Source: a virus
Taxonomy: Duplodnaviria; Caudoviricetes
DNA length: 64,000 nucleotides
Strand: one strand, 5' to 3'
Virus record (IMG/VR): IMGVR_UViG_3300031992_000028
In this document: piece after piece, positions 12,397 to 26,800 of the stretch
Layout of the letters: each line of letters opens with the position of its first letter
Position numbering within the stretch: position 1 is the stretch's first letter
Notes under the pieces: model-generated
Told to the model about the DNA's origin: nothing
Databases searched by the model: none
The model's input: the letters and a program-made list of their open reading frames with translations, nothing else
Position numbers and translations under genes: made by a program

Positions 12397-13022
12397 TGCC
12401 AGAAAATGAACAATACCCAACAGATTTATACCCATTTCCTGATAACTATATCTATATTTCACATTTAGATGAAGGACTAAAATTTTGGCGTATTCCATGT
12501 TGGCCAGATGCTATCTCTGATTCTATGGCATCAAATTTTACATCTACTAATGCACTTGGTCGTTCAGCCCCAGTTTATACTTTTAGTAATGCTGGTCCAC
12601 GCTCTGTTCAAATAAGCATTAACTTGCACAGAGATATTATGGACGATATAAATACCGGCGTTAGTAATTCTCCTTTAAATCTTGGGGAAGACTATATTGA
12701 TAACTTAGTTAATGCACTAAGAGCTATCGCTGTTCCAAAATATAATTTAAACAATAAGTCAGTTGAACCTCCTTTAGTTGCTCTTAGACTTGGTAGAGAA
12801 GTCTTTGTTAAAGGAGTTGTTACAGGCGGCATCGGTCTTGATTTCCAAAAACCAATTCTAACTAATGATAGATACTCACAAGTAAAGCTATCTCTAACTA
12901 TTTCTGAAGTTGACCCATATGATGCAACCACTGTTTATCAAAATGGCGGTTTTAGAGGTGTTGTTAATACATTTAAGGGCACACACCCAACTAAAAATGG
13001 TGTTGATGGTATGGGTTTATAG
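12396..13022 (+). CDS. Tail tube initiator (gp48/gp54-like), 208 aa
   Basis: LGRSAPVYTFSNAGPRSV and PPLVALRLG motifs of tube-initiator proteins. Confidence 0.65.
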   Translation: MPENEQYPTDLYPFPDNYIYISHLDEGLKFWRIPCWPDAISDSMASNFTSTNALGRSAPVYTFSNAGPRSVQISINLHRDIMDDINTGVSNSPLNLGEDYIDNLVNALRAIAVPKYNLNNKSVEPPLVALRLGREVFVKGVVTGGIGLDFQKPILTNDRYSQVKLSLTISEVDPYDATTVYQNGGFRGVVNTFKGTHPTKNGVDGMGL

Positions 13023-13034
13023 GAGGGCTAATCT

Positions 13035-13364
13035 ATGGACGATCTAAGAAAAAAACAATATTATCAATATGATTATACTTGTCGTTATACTGATGTTCCT
13101 TATTATTATAATATAAAAGACCAACGTCAAATATATGGTATTGGAAGTAATTTAAATAAAAATACACCTTGAGTAGCCCACAAAGTTGATAAAACAGACA
13201 CATTAGACTACTTAGCATTAAAATATTATAATAACCCAACATTTTGGTGAATCATTGCTTATTTTAATGACATTCAAGATGCATTTATCAGACTAAGCGA
13301 TAAATATGATATAATAAAAATTCCTAGTATTTCTAGTATTGAATTTGGAGCTGAAAGAAAGTAA
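13035..13364 (+). CDS. LysM-like baseplate wedge protein (gp53-like), 109 aa
   Basis: DTLDYLALKYYNNPTFWWIIAYFN; the conserved WW is encoded TGG TGA (13245-13250). Confidence 0.85.
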
Positions 13365-13367
13365 TAT

Positions 13368-14690
13368 ATGGCAGAGCCTTTACAATTTTCTCAACAACGT
13401 AGATCTTTATTATCAAGCCAAGCAAGAGTGCAGGCACCATGAATTAAAGTAACAATTGGCGACTATACTTTTGGCGTTTTTTCACGTTGACTTACAAAAG
13501 AAAAAGATTCTCAAGGTTTCTATACTGCTTTTAATGTTACTTACCCAAATTATGTTCAATCTTTAAATATAGTAAAAATTAATGGTCAAGTTAATCAATA
13601 CACATTAAATATCTCTTACCCAATAAGACAAACTGATGACCCAAACTTTTTTGAAAAAGTATTTAGTAGTGTATCTAAAACACGTAAAATTATATTTAGT
13701 TATGGCGATGCTACTATGCCTACTTATATATACAAAGATGAAGAGGCTATTATTACCAATGTTTCACAATCTTTTGAATTAAAAAGCTCTGTAATAAATT
13801 ATACTATAAGCGCTGTTTCAGGTGCTGCCCTTGGAGCTTCTAGTTGTTTTACATTCATGGGCGGTGTTAAAAAACCAAGTGATGAAATAAAAAGAATTAT
13901 TATGAACCCACAATATGGTCTTCGTGATTTATTTACAGGTATTACAAGTAGTAATATCAATACTCTTATTGAAGGTGGAGACCAAATGGTTAGACTAAAG
14001 TCAAAAGTTAATATTTCTGCCTTAGACTACATTACTTATTTAGTAAGCTGTATGATACCAGCTGGTGCTGAAGTAGATAATCGTAGTAAAGATATTTATG
14101 TATTAACAATCTACGATGATACAACATATGATAGAATATATGCTGATAGAGAAGTTATTGAGGGAAAAGAAATTATTGGCCCATACTGCAGAGTAAAAAG
14201 AATGTCTTACGTGACAAAACAAAGTGATGCATATGAGCTAGATATTGGGTATAATAGTTCAACAATAGTAACAAACTTTCAGCTACAAAATAATGAAAAC
14301 TATTCTTTATTTTATGACTATAATAGAAAACTTAGCCCAGAAGCTTATGTAAGACGTCTTAATGATCAAGGTAAATGAGAAGATGTCTATGCTCCAACAA
14401 ATACGTCTAAAAACAATTCATTTGAAACCAACCCAGATGATATTACTTGGTGAACTAAAATTACAAAATACCCTGTAAGTGCTACAGTAACAATTCAGGG
14501 GCTACTTAGACCAGCAATGTTAATGACATATTTAAGATTAAATGTTATTTTCCCAGGCGGTCATAGACATATTAGCTCAGGACTATATTTAATTACAAAA
14601 CAAGTTGATACTATTGATGGTAGCGGCTACAGGACTCAATTATCTTTAACTAAAATTTCTGGCGATGAATCTGATTTAGGAGTTAAATAA
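13368..14690 (+). CDS. Baseplate hub protein (gp27/Mu gp44-like), 440 aa
   Basis: Open with 4 TGA; C-terminal SGLYLITKQVDTIDGSGYRTQLSL is typical of hub proteins. Confidence 0.7.
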
Positions 14691-15838
14691 TGTTAACAAA
14701 AGGTGAAATTCAAAATATAGATTTTAATACAAATTCTTGTAATATAAGATTACCACTTTTTGAAACTGTTGGAGACAGCACAAAAGCTTTTGCAACAGCC
14801 TATTTTGCAATTACTCCAGGCTGCTATAATAGCTATAAAATTGGTGATGTTGTAATTGTTGGCTTTGATCGAGATTTAGTAGATAAACCTTATATTATAG
14901 GAAAATTATATACTGGACTTAATGATGAGCAAGCTGTTAATGATGGGTTCAGAGGAGCCATTAATTGTGAAAGCTTAGCAGTAAAAAATACTGTAATATT
15001 ACCAGAAACTACTCAAATTGTTAAAAATGTTTTAGTATTGGACTCAACTGATGATAAAAATAATATTACTACATTAGCCAATCTTATTAATACTGCTAAA
15101 GATAACTCAAATAAAATTGTTGATATTAATAATAAACTAGATACTTATCAACCAATAAATGATAATATCTCAGCAATTTCAGCTTTAAACACTGAAGGCT
15201 ATCTAAAACGAGCTACAGATGGAACCTGGTCTCTCATTCCTGGGTCTAGTGCATCTGATTATATTTCTAAATTTGGTGACACCATGCTTGGCACATTAAA
15301 ATTAGCCAATACAGACAATGCCCTAGAGCTGCCAAATAATGCAATGATTAAAACATCTATCAATGATGGGCTACGCACTGTTTATGGGTATGATGCTAAT
15401 ACTAATACTTTTATTATCAGCTCACAATACGCAAAAACAAATATTAGAGGCATTGATACAAGACCTACTTATAATGGAGCAGAGCTTGCTCTTAAGTCTG
15501 ATACTGGAATATCCCCAAATCTAATTACTACAGGCACCTTTAATTCCGATGGTTATTTTAATTTAGATTTGTCACAAATACAATTATCTGATGGCCTTTA
15601 CTTTTTTACATATGGCAATGTTCAAACATTTGTTTGGCTTACAGCACAAATGATTGCTGCATCTGGACGATACCCAATTCGTGCCCCAATCGCAGTTATT
15701 TATAATGAGAATGGCTCTGCACAACCAGGCTTTCTAAGAATGAGCTTAACAGCCTCAACTAGTTTACAAATTAAAGTAGCAAATGAAGCACATACAGTTT
15801 TTCCTGACTATGAAATGAAAATTTACAGGGCTTTATAA
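14690..15838 (+). CDS. Baseplate central spike (gp5/gpV-type N-terminal OB fold) with extended C-terminus
   Basis: KIGDVVIVGFDRDLVDKPYIIGKL motif; sits between hub and gp25. Confidence 0.7.
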   Translation: MLTKGEIQNIDFNTNSCNIRLPLFETVGDSTKAFATAYFAITPGCYNSYKIGDVVIVGFDRDLVDKPYIIGKLYTGLNDEQAVNDGFRGAINCESLAVKNTVILPETTQIVKNVLVLDSTDDKNNITTLANLINTAKDNSNKIVDINNKLDTYQPINDNISAISALNTEGYLKRATDGTWSLIPGSSASDYISKFGDTMLGTLKLANTDNALELPNNAMIKTSINDGLRTVYGYDANTNTFIISSQYAKTNIRGIDTRPTYNGAELALKSDTGISPNLITTGTFNSDGYFNLDLSQIQLSDGLYFFTYGNVQTFVWLTAQMIAASGRYPIRAPIAVIYNENGSAQPGFLRMSLTASTSLQIKVANEAHTVFPDYEMKIYRAL

Positions 15839-15882
15839 TATAAAATAAATTTAATAAATATTTAATAAAAAAAGATAAAAAT

Positions 15883-15892
15883 TGCTAAATTA
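15883..15892 (+). promoter_or_regulatory. Putative late promoter TGCTAAATTA
   Basis: Motif copy upstream of the gp25-like gene. Confidence 0.7.
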
Positions 15893-15912
15893 TATGATTG
15901 TGAGGTTAAATA

Positions 15913-16305
15913 ATGCGCTCAATTAAATTCCCTAATATGTTTAATACAAACAGCACAAATGTTTGGAAAGAAAATGAGTATAATGAAGCTACCACTCAAA
16001 ATACTATTTTAGTTTTGCATAGTGAACGTGGTGAGCTTTTTTCTGATCCATATTTTGGTTTATTAATTAAGCATTATATGTTTGACCAAAATAATTATGT
16101 GCTTCGTGACGCTATTGCTGATATGGTTTATAACCAGCTAGCAATATTTATTCCACAAGTTCATGTTGAGCGCAAAGATATTAAAATTGTTCAAAACAAA
16201 CAAAAAGGTTTATTATACTGCGCTTTCCACGGCACCAATCAAATTGACTTTCAAACTAACGTATATAATTTAATCTTATTTGAAAATACTGAAGCAATAC
16301 AATAA
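15913..16305 (+). CDS. Baseplate wedge / sheath initiator (gp25-like), 130 aa
   Basis: SERGELFSDPYFG...YMFDQN motif. Confidence 0.85.
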   Translation: MRSIKFPNMFNTNSTNVWKENEYNEATTQNTILVLHSERGELFSDPYFGLLIKHYMFDQNNYVLRDAIADMVYNQLAIFIPQVHVERKDIKIVQNKQKGLLYCAFHGTNQIDFQTNVYNLILFENTEAIQ

Positions 16306-16319
16306 GGAGACTTTGATAA

Positions 16320-19300
16320 ATGATTACAGAAAAAGATTTAGAAATAGCAAGACTCTCTCCAACTAAGAAAGATTTTTATCAACTTTGGAATGAGCTTTTA
16401 GATACAGCTGGAAAAATCAGCGACCGCTGGGACCCAACATCTACAAATGAAAGTGATCCTGGTATTGTTTTACTCAAAGTTTTAACTGGTATTGCCGATA
16501 AATTAAATTATAATATTGATAAAAATATTCTTGAAGCATTTATGCCAAGTGCTACACAACAGGAGTCAATGAGAAAACTCTGCGAGCTTGTTGGCTATAA
16601 TATTAAATACTATCAATCAGCTGAAACTCAAGTTACTATTGGCTGGACTGGAAAAATAGATAATAGTAATTTTAAAGTAGAAGATGAGACTTTACCTATT
16701 ATTTATATTCCAATGTTTTCTAAAATTAAAGATAATGATGAAGAAATTATATATACAACTACAGAAGAGTGTCAAATTACCGGTAATATTCCAACAACCA
16801 AAGTTGCTTGCATTGAGGGCCAAGTTGTTCAATGTTCCCCAGATACTGATTATATTATCTCTCTTGACAATTTAGATGACAATAATAGATATTATTTGCC
16901 AGAAGCTCAAATTGCTGAAAATGGTCTTTTTATCTATACTGTTAATGATGGTAGTTATCTTAAAAATAAATGAACAAAAGTTGATAATTTAAATGCACAA
17001 GCTACAGGAAGCTTAGTCTATAAGTTTGGCTTCGATTCTCAAAATGGTTTACCGTATGTTCAATTCCCAGCAGATATTAGTGCTTTAATTGAAGACGGCC
17101 TTTATATTTGATATACACGTACTCTTGGGGTTAATGGAAATGTTTCAGCTAGAACTTTAGTTAATTTAGAAATTGCTGATTATGATGGTGCTCCAGAAAA
17201 TCTAGCAAGCTTTAAACCATATGTCAGTGTTAATAATGAAAATGCTGCTATGAATGGCACAAACATTGAGACTATTACACAAGCATATAATAACTTTAAA
17301 AAAACAGTTGGTACTTTTGATACATTAGTTACTTGTAGAGACTATATGAATAAAATATATCAATTATATGACGATATGAATATTCCATTAGTTTCTAATA
17401 TTATTGTTAGTGATATTCGTGATGATATTAACAAAGCCGTTACTCTTTGCACTTTTGACCAATATGGAATTAAGTATGCTGATACTAAGCTAACTACAGG
17501 AACTGGAACTGACAAAAAGGATCGAATTACAAACTTTGACCTTATTTTATACCCATTTACAACTGTATATGGCTTAAACAATAAAACAGAATATACTAAT
17601 TCATTTAAGTATTCGTCAGCTAATTTTGACGCTATTAAACGTGGTATTGCCACACTTAAAACTATTTCACACAACTTAGTGCTACCTGGTACAGACAGTA
17701 CTTCTATAGATGAAATTGTTTGCGTTAAAAATTATTTTAAAATTAATGCCAAAATTACTACTACAACAAAAGTAAATGCAATTGAAGAGGCGTATATTTT
17801 AGACAATATCTATAAAAATCTTTATAAAACTTTTAATATGCGTGAGCTTGATTTTGGTGAAAATATTCCATTTGATTCAATTCTAGAGTGTATAGAAGAG
17901 GCTGATACCAGAATTAAAAACGTATCTATGGAAGAGCCAGAGATAGAAACAAGAATTTGTCTAGCTAATAGTATTAATGATGAAATTAAAGTTACCGATA
18001 ATCGTTGAACTACATACTATTCAAAACTTATTGCAAGAAATATTTTAGCAGGAAAAATTGCATTATTAGACTATAATGAATCATTTAAACCTGAAATAAC
18101 TGAAGAAAACTATGGTGAAGGTTTAAACCCACAATATAATACAATAACTAAAATATCTCCAAAATGTGAAATTATATCTAGCGCAGCTGGTAAAATAAAT
18201 AGCACGCAGCTTTACAAAAATGAAATTGTTCAATTCAGAGCTCCTAATTTTAAGACAACTGTAACATACCCTGCCTATGTCAATTATTTTGCACATTTTA
18301 ACTCTTCTGATGACCAGACTAGTGGTGGACAAAATACACAAGATGCAGTAGCCGCCACAATGATGACATTAAAAACATTTATGGCATCACACTGGAGTGA
18401 ATTAGTTGGAGACCTTAGTGGCAAGGCTAATGCTGAGAAAAAAGCTTTAGTAAGCAAAGCTGTTACTTTAACTAATGTTACAAGTGACAATTTTAATGAG
18501 CTTAAAACTGCCTATGGCTGCTTATTTAATGGCTCCGGCACAGGTGATAATTTTAAATTTGATAGTATTGCTAGTGGCTATACACAAGGAGCAACTTACT
18601 ATTGTTTACCAGTTACTGAAAATAGTTTTATGCAATGGCATAATTATATAAAAAGTAGCCCACATTATAATGGTTTATATTGGCGTCTTAATATGGACTT
18701 ATCTAGACCTATAGGAAAACTTGTTGATGAAAGCCATTGAAAATATAGACTATCTCTACAACCACAAACTGTATTAGAAACACAGTCTTTAGATAAATAT
18801 TATATTCAAGATGTTACTGCTGACCCTGCTGGTACACCTGAGGCTGATAAGACATATGGTGTTGGCAGAGATGCATCTAATGTAAATGTAAAAAGTGGTG
18901 TAGAATATAAACTTCAAGATGGTGAATATATTTTAATTAATTATACCCAAGCTGCAGATGAAGCAAGTGGTAAAGCCGAAAAGATTATAAATGAAGTTTT
19001 AAAAGCAGGCGATATAATTAAGCCAAATTTTGACTTAGTTGATTCTGACAAGTGGGCTGAAACTCATACATATGCTAAAACAACTCAAGGAAGCTTTGGT
19101 CCATGACCAAACTATAATACTCCAGCTGGCATGTTTACACTTGGTCCTAATGAACAAATTGAGCAAAGAAAGCCTGTAAAAGTAGAGTTAAAGTCTGATT
19201 CTCTTAAAAATATTTATGTCTATTGGAATTTAAATAATGTAGAACAAAATCAAAAATTCCCAACAACTGGTAGTAATGGTTATACACTGCAAGATGGTGA

Positions 19301-20966
19301 ATATTTTTACTACACAGATGAGAATAAATTAGAAATGTCTTATTTTGGTAGCGGCACAAATATTAAAGTTTCTGGTATTACCTTAGTTAAATCAGATAAT
19401 AGTGTTGGAGTAACTGCTGAAGATATTTTAGATAACGGTATTACTGCAATACCTTGGGTAACTGCACCAATTGATAAAGATACTAGAACAATTATTATTG
19501 CTGAATATCAATATATTACAATTGCAGAAGGTGATGCTATTATTGAAGCTAGCTTAGCAGTTTCAGGAGAAACTGATATTGGAGATAGCTGAGTTAAAGT
19601 TTCCTCTGCAAGATATCGATTAGCTGGTGAAGATCACGATTTACCACAAATTGCTGCTGGTGATGATGCAAAATGAGAAATTCATAGTAAATTATTAATA
19701 AATGCTGGGCCAGCTCAAACACAGACTCTTAAGCAGCCACGTGATCAAATTGATATTACATACAATAACGGAAGCACTGAAACACTTGCACCTACAAGTG
19801 CTGACAAACCGCTATCATTTAAGACAAACCTACCTTGCCAAATTGTAAATGATACTATAGATATTAATAGTAATTTAAACTTATCTATTAAGCTTTTTGC
19901 TGAAAAGTTACCACAAATTCATTATTATGATAAAACAAGTCAGTCATGAAAAGATGCACTTATTCCGTTAAATAATTTTGGTAAAAAATGAACAAAAATA
20001 AATTATAATAGTATTGATGCAATTAAAGCGCAAACAAAGGAATATGATGCTACAATTGACCTTGCTACAACTATTGATACAAATCAATTTGGCATACTTA
20101 TGTTTTATTATATAAAAAATATGGACAGCCAAGAAAAAGAAGGAACAACCACTGATAAAAATGGCTACCTTGAGTTTGAAAGTGCTGAAACAGGTAATAA
20201 TAGCCCTGCTATTTATAACTATCGTGGCAATAGTGGAGGAAGCAATGCAGACAAGTGGTGAGACAATTTAGCAGAAGATCCTACTGCATGTGAAGCCTCT
20301 CCAACTGAGGACACTACTGTTGATGAAGAAAAAACTTATTATACTAAATCTGAAACGAGCGGTGGAACTCCTGGCTATCTTGTAGATGCTAATGGCTATA
20401 GCTATACTGCTGTTGAAAGTCCAACTGGAAATCCAACAGAAGCAGGTTATTATGAGGTTACAAAGGTTGGTCATAATAATACCCAATACTTCTTAAAGCC
20501 TGGTATTAACTGTGTTAGAATTCCAAGTAATTATACAAAAATTATTATTCACAAAAATACCAATCAAACCACTGCTGGTGATGTTGTAGTAGTAAGTCAG
20601 CTAGATGTTGTAAATTGCTCTACAAATAACCCTGATGGTGTTAATTATGAGCTACTTGGCTTACGCTGTGATAAAGCAGCTGGTAGCGACCCTACTGTAG
20701 ACCCTGCAATAACTGATGTAGCAGATTTATTAGAGCTTTTAAGAAATTTAGATGAAGAGCATATATTCTACTATAACTGCCAAATTGACAATAGTAGTGC
20801 TATTGATCTTAATACAACTAAACGAGATGGAAAATATATTGAAACATTAAAATCACCAATTGCATGATTTGATTATAATAATGTTAATAATAAATTTGTC
20901 ATTTCTGAAATAGATGCAGATTATCTTGAACACGGTATTACATTAACAAGGTCATCAAGACTATAA
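16320..20966 (+). CDS. Baseplate wedge protein (gp6/baseplate J-like) with long C-terminal extension, 1548 aa
   Basis: ESDPGIVLL, EAFMPSATQQES, LVGY, WTKVDNL, LVTCRDY motifs; single frame interrupted only by TGA up to TAA 20964. Confidence 0.85.
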
Positions 20967-20980
20967 TTAAGGGGAAAAGT

Positions 20981-21793
20981 ATGATTAAATTAACTGAACT
21001 AACTCCTAATATTTATAATGATGCCTCAAGAGACTTCCAATTTATTGGGCATCTTTATGATACTGTTTTGAACTATATAAAAACAAACAGTGATTTAATT
21101 TACAATATTCCATTATCTGACAATAGTGACACTAGATTAGTTGAATTAATGGCAACTACTCTTGGGTTTAAATCTAGACATAAATACAATGTTAAACAAT
21201 TGGTTGCTCTTTGTAGTGTATTCTCAACTATTATTAGACAAAAAGGAACCCTAAATGCAATTGATACTGCAGGCAAAGCATTATTGACCGCTGAAGGTAT
21301 TACTGAAGATATTTTCGTAGAGCTCGACCCAGAAGATAGGTCTAACTTAACTATTAGCATCTTTGTTCCACAAGAGTTAACTGATCTTAATTTATTAAAA
21401 GATTTACTTCTTTATGTTTTACCTGCCGGCTGTAGTTGTAATATTGTTAGAGAATTAAGACAAGCTACTACTGCAGAAGTAAAAATTGGCATTACACAAA
21501 AAGCAAATATTTATCAAAGTGATAATAGCATTTGAAGAGAAGGAGACGATTTCAATGCTATTTATGCTGGAGATATTTCAATTGTGCCAGAAATGAATCC
21601 TAATCTTACTGATGCATATGCAAAAGGCACACCAGGTATCTTTATTAATAGTACAATAGTTAGACCAGGTGAACGTGTAACATCACAAGCTGGCACATTA
21701 TCACTACAAAATACAGATAATCAAAATACAGACAATCAAAATACTGAAGAAGATATCACTGAACCTACAGATGAAAATAATGGAGGCAATTAA
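20981..21793 (+). CDS. Baseplate wedge protein (P2 gpI/gp7-like), 270 aa
   Basis: LMATTLGF...IRQKGTLNAI...VLPAG; fragments joined by TGA 21533. Confidence 0.7.
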
Positions 21794-21794
21794 A

Positions 21795-22490
21795 ATGAGT
21801 AAAAAAGTCACCAAAAAAGTTGAAGAAGAAATAACTGAAACTACTACAGAGCAAGAAAAAAAGCCTAAAAATAATATAAATATTGGGTATGCTGGTACAG
21901 TTAGTATTTCAGTAGTAGATGGTAATAATAATACAATTATAACTAAAAAGCACCATAATGAAGGCAGCAAACGCTTATTTAAATATATTTGTGAGTGCCT
22001 TGCTGCTAATACCTCTGTTATTGCCACAAATCAGCCAACCAAAGTATGTTTAATTGATATTTTAAATAATACTCCTGTTGGAGACATTAAAAATAGTTTT
22101 AATGAGGGTAATGCAGGATATTCTAGCCAATTTAGAGCTATCACTAACCCAATTGCTATCTATGGCCCAATTATACCAGATAAAGTAGAATGTAACGCTG
22201 CTTCCCAGCTAACTCCGCATAAAGCTACTCTACATTTTAGAATTCCTTATACCTATATTACTGGCACCGAATTCTGCGGTCTTGTTTTATTACCTGCCAG
22301 CAAAGAAGATACTAATAACTTAACTACTGACTGATATGCATACTATCTTTTAACACAAATAGAGCTTGACAGCGAGGTCTGAACGCCAATTCCTATTTCT
22401 GGTCAACAAAATTATAACTTGATTATTGACTGGGAGCTTTCTGTTGCAAATAATACTAGCAGCAATATAGATAGTAATATCAATAATTAA
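21795..22490 (+). CDS. Baseplate/tail-fibre attachment protein, 231 aa
   Basis: Two TGA; C-terminal LIIDWELSV strand; position before the fibres. Confidence 0.55.
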
Positions 22491-22503
22491 TGGAGGATAG
22501 TTT

Positions 22504-23862
22504 ATGGCTGCTGTAACATGATTAACAAAAAATAATAGAAATTATATATCAAGTAGTAATATTTTCATTTACCCAAGTGCCTACAGGGACCCAACAATTG
22601 ACTTTAAGGCAAGAGTAAGTCTTGAAGAAAATTTTGTTGTACAAAGCCGTCAATTAAATAGAGACTACATTATAAAATGGGCTGGCACTGACCTTACCTG
22701 TATTCTTGGTGGCTACTTAATTAAAATAAATGGTGTTTCAGCTGCTGATGTCCAAGATAAACGTTGATTAAACATTAAAGTTAATTTGACTGGGCTGGCT
22801 GGTGTTGAAAATACTTATGTAATTAAAAACTGAGACTGAGAGCTCCCTGACGGCGTTATTTTAGACCGAACAGAAACTCCTAAATCTACTCCATCTTATT
22901 TTATTGGAGCTGTTTTTACAGCAACCAGAGAAAAAGGCGCATCTTTTGCAATAGATTTACTTAATGACCAATCTTATTACCCAGTTGGTCATGGACAAGT
23001 TTTAAACGCTAAAGCAAATACACCAACTAATATACTATCTAATCTAATTGATCATAATGAATATTCTATTAGTAATTTGTATCAAAATAGCTCTAACTTA
23101 TGGGTTCCAAATAATCTAAATACTAGCCCAGGTTACTTATTTGCTTTTGGTAAAGAAAATATAATCAATAGCACAGCAGGCGAATCTGATACAACTGCTA
23201 ACTACACATTTATTTTTGGAGCCAATAATAGCACAACTAAAAAATATACTACTTTAATTGGCAATAATTTAAAAAATGAAACTGCTGATTATAAAGTAGC
23301 ACTTGGTAAGTTTAATAATGATACTACTAACAATATTTTTGAAATTGGCTATGGTGGAGATGATGAAACTCGAAATAATTTATTTGAAGTAAGTAATTCT
23401 GGTGATATAGCTATTTATAATACAGCTGTTATTAATGGAGAGGGTTTAACTGACGTTGTCTCTGAAAATGGCCTAGAAATTACATATGGCAGGCTATATG
23501 TAAAAAATGGCCAAGGTTATTTTGGTGCAGCACTTACTGTTAATGAGGGAGGCCTCATAGTTAATGCTGGTGGTGCAGATATTACCGGCACAACTACTAT
23601 TGATGCTACTGGTGAAAATCAGGTAGTCTCTATTTCTGGCACAACTGGAATTACTGGTAATACTACAGTAACAGGCAATTTAACTATAGAGAGTGATAGT
23701 GACAATACTGGCTTTTTATCAGTTGCAAAAACTGCACACATCAAAGGTATAGTCTCTATTGATGCAAATAGATTAAAATTATATAAATCTGATTCTGCTA
23801 CATATCAGACTACTTTTGAATATGATACAGACCATCATTGCTTAAAAATTAAAGTTAGCTAA
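22504..23862 (+). CDS. Tail fibre 1 (proximal), 452 aa
   Basis: GGAGG RBS; 4 TGA; N-terminal domain (IYPSAYR...ILGGY) paralogous to 28363; FEIGYG...RNNLFEV and Gly/Thr beta-helix repeats. Confidence 0.7.
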
Positions 23863-23876
23863 AAGGCAAATAAATA

Positions 23877-26800
23877 ATGAGTTTAATATTTTGATTTCCA
23901 TTAAATAATAATATAAATAATCAGGCAACTGGTAATTTTTCTGTTGTAACAAAATCAGCCCCAGAATATGCCAATGGTAAGGTCACCTACAATGCATTTA
24001 ATGGAAAAGGAAATAACTATATTAGAATAAATAATCCACTTATTGGATTAGACTCTTGAACAATTGCATTTTGGTTTAATAAAAATAGTTCTGCAACTTG
24101 AAGCGACCTTATTTCATTTACAGGTGATGCACAAAGACTTGAATATACTATAGCCGGGCTATATTGATATAATGGGGCAGCTGGTGTAAGTGCAGACCAC
24201 CCATTTAGAGCACCAAGAGAGACATTTGGTAAATTTTGGCCAAGTGCTAGTATTATTACTAATATTACTAATAATAAATGGTACCATATTACACTAGTTT
24301 TTAATAATAATACAAGTAAAATTTATCTTCATAATGAAAATGGTGAATTAATTACTGCGCAAACAAAAGAAAATACTAAAAAATTTATTCATGAAACAGA
24401 AACTACTGATCCTAACTTTGTTGATAAAATTTATTTTAATTGTAGAGTTATTCCAAGCGCCTCTTATACATGAAGCACCGGTAATTATACAGCTTCTATA
24501 TTAAATGATATTCGTATTTATGATGAAGCATTAAGTGAATATGAAATTAAAGAATTAAGTAAAGGTTTGTGTGTTCATTATTCTTTTGATGAATATTTAA
24601 CCACAACAACATTGCTCCCAAAATATATTAATGTTAATACATATCTAGGTAATGATTTTACAATTGATTCAAATGGAGACCTTATCAATCAAAATACTGA
24701 TACAGCTAGCACATTTGCGATTCAATTTCAAGCACTTAATAGTGCTGGTGATCATCGTAACTTATCTGGTGGGTTAGCACTAACAGAAACAGATGAAGAT
24801 TACAGCTTTAAATTTACTATTCCAACAGACTGCATTAAAATGAGAATAAAGCATAATGGGGAAAATAGTGACTTAAACATTATTAGTCCAAATATGCCAG
24901 TAACTGGAAATAAAAGCTATGCAGTTTCATTCAAGCTTATAAATAATAATCCACAAAGCGTAAATGGAATTCGTATAAGAAATTTTAAAATAGTAGAATT
25001 ACCAGATATTTATGATGCAAGTGGTTATAAACATAATGCCATTGTAAAATTAAATACAAATGCTGAGACTGCTATCTACACACATGCACGCCCTGAGCTT
25101 GATTCTATAACAAATGCACCTGTTTGTGTTGAAGATATCTCTCCTTATATTTTTAAAAATACTTTAAAACTAGCAGATTTTAAGACAGACACTTTTTGTT
25201 ACTTAAAATTATCAATTGTTCCATCTTTTATTAATTCTGGTACTGTAAGTATTTGATATAAGGCTACGACTCCTAATCAATCATTTATTTTAACAGACTG
25301 TAATAATAATGCCGGCTGGCTCTTTGCAAGCTCAAATCTTGGCAGTAGTAGAAATAGTGGAGCTACATATACAAAATTATATATTGATGGTAAATTAATT
25401 GAAAATGATACTAGTACTGACCAAACTCCAACAGATACAAATTGGCATCACTATTGTGTAACTGGTGTAGATTTAACTAGCTGCACATCTTTACAACTTT
25501 CAGCACGAGACAGCGCTTGAACCTATAAAGGAAATATTGCAGACTATAGAATTTATAGTACGGCATTGTCTACAGATGATGTTTTAGATTTATATAATAA
25601 TTCTATTATAATAGATAATAATCAACAAGTATTTTTAACTAATATTACTGAAACATCAGATTTATCTACTCAACTTCAAATCAGTAAAAAACACATAAAA
25701 ACACCGGAAATTATTGAAGGTAGACCAGAGAATTATGATAATCTATATAGACCGGCTGAATATATAGAAGCTACCGGAACACAATATATAAAAACAGATG
25801 TTATTGGTCAAGCTATTTGAGAATATGATATAGAATATGATCCAAATCATATTACACAAAGACAATTAATGGGACACGGTGGGTCAGGCGGTGAGTACTG
25901 AGGAATCACAAATGGAAAATGGGGTAAAGCTACTTGACAAACTTCTGATGTTCCAGTTAATAGAGAAAGAGTTATTTATAGAGTTAATAACTATTCTACT
26001 GCTATTCAAAATGGTGGGAATGTATATGTAAATGATACATATATTTATAATAATGGCTATGATGCTGTATCAGAACAAAAACAAGCAAATATTTTTAATA
26101 TAGGTAATAGCTTTTATAATTATTGTAAATTATATGGCTGTAAAGTTTATACTATAGACAATACATTAATAAGAAACTTTATCCCAGTAATTAGAATATT
26201 TGATAATAAACCAGGACTATATGATTTAATTGGACATAAATTTTATTTTAATCAAGGCACTGGTGAATTTCTAGCTGATGGCATTCCGACTGAATATAGC
26301 CATGTTGAATGCATTGAAAGCGATGGAAATCAATATATTGATACTGGCTATGGCAATGGCAATGGTTTTTATGCTGAAATAGATTTTAAACTAAAAGTAC
26401 TCCCACCTGAAATTACCGGTGGATCTTATGGTTATGTTATAGGCTGTCACAATCTCACAGACCCATATGGAAGAAATGGGTTCCAACCATATTACCTAGA
26501 CAGTGAGGGTTTTACTTGGCAGCTTGGACACGGCGATAGCTATAATCGTGCTGGTGTTCCACAAGCTAATGTCAGATATTTAGCAAAGGTTAATACTAAA
26601 AATACTGATGGTTATTTAAAAATAAATGATGCGCTTATTTTAACTGATTCTGACTCAGCAACACTATCATCAAGTAATATTTGGTTATTCACAGACCAAT
26701 ATGACTGACAATCTCGTGTTGCACAACGTATGTTTCTATATGGCTGTAAAATTTATAATATCGATGAAACAACATTAGTAAGAGACCTTGTGCCTGTTGT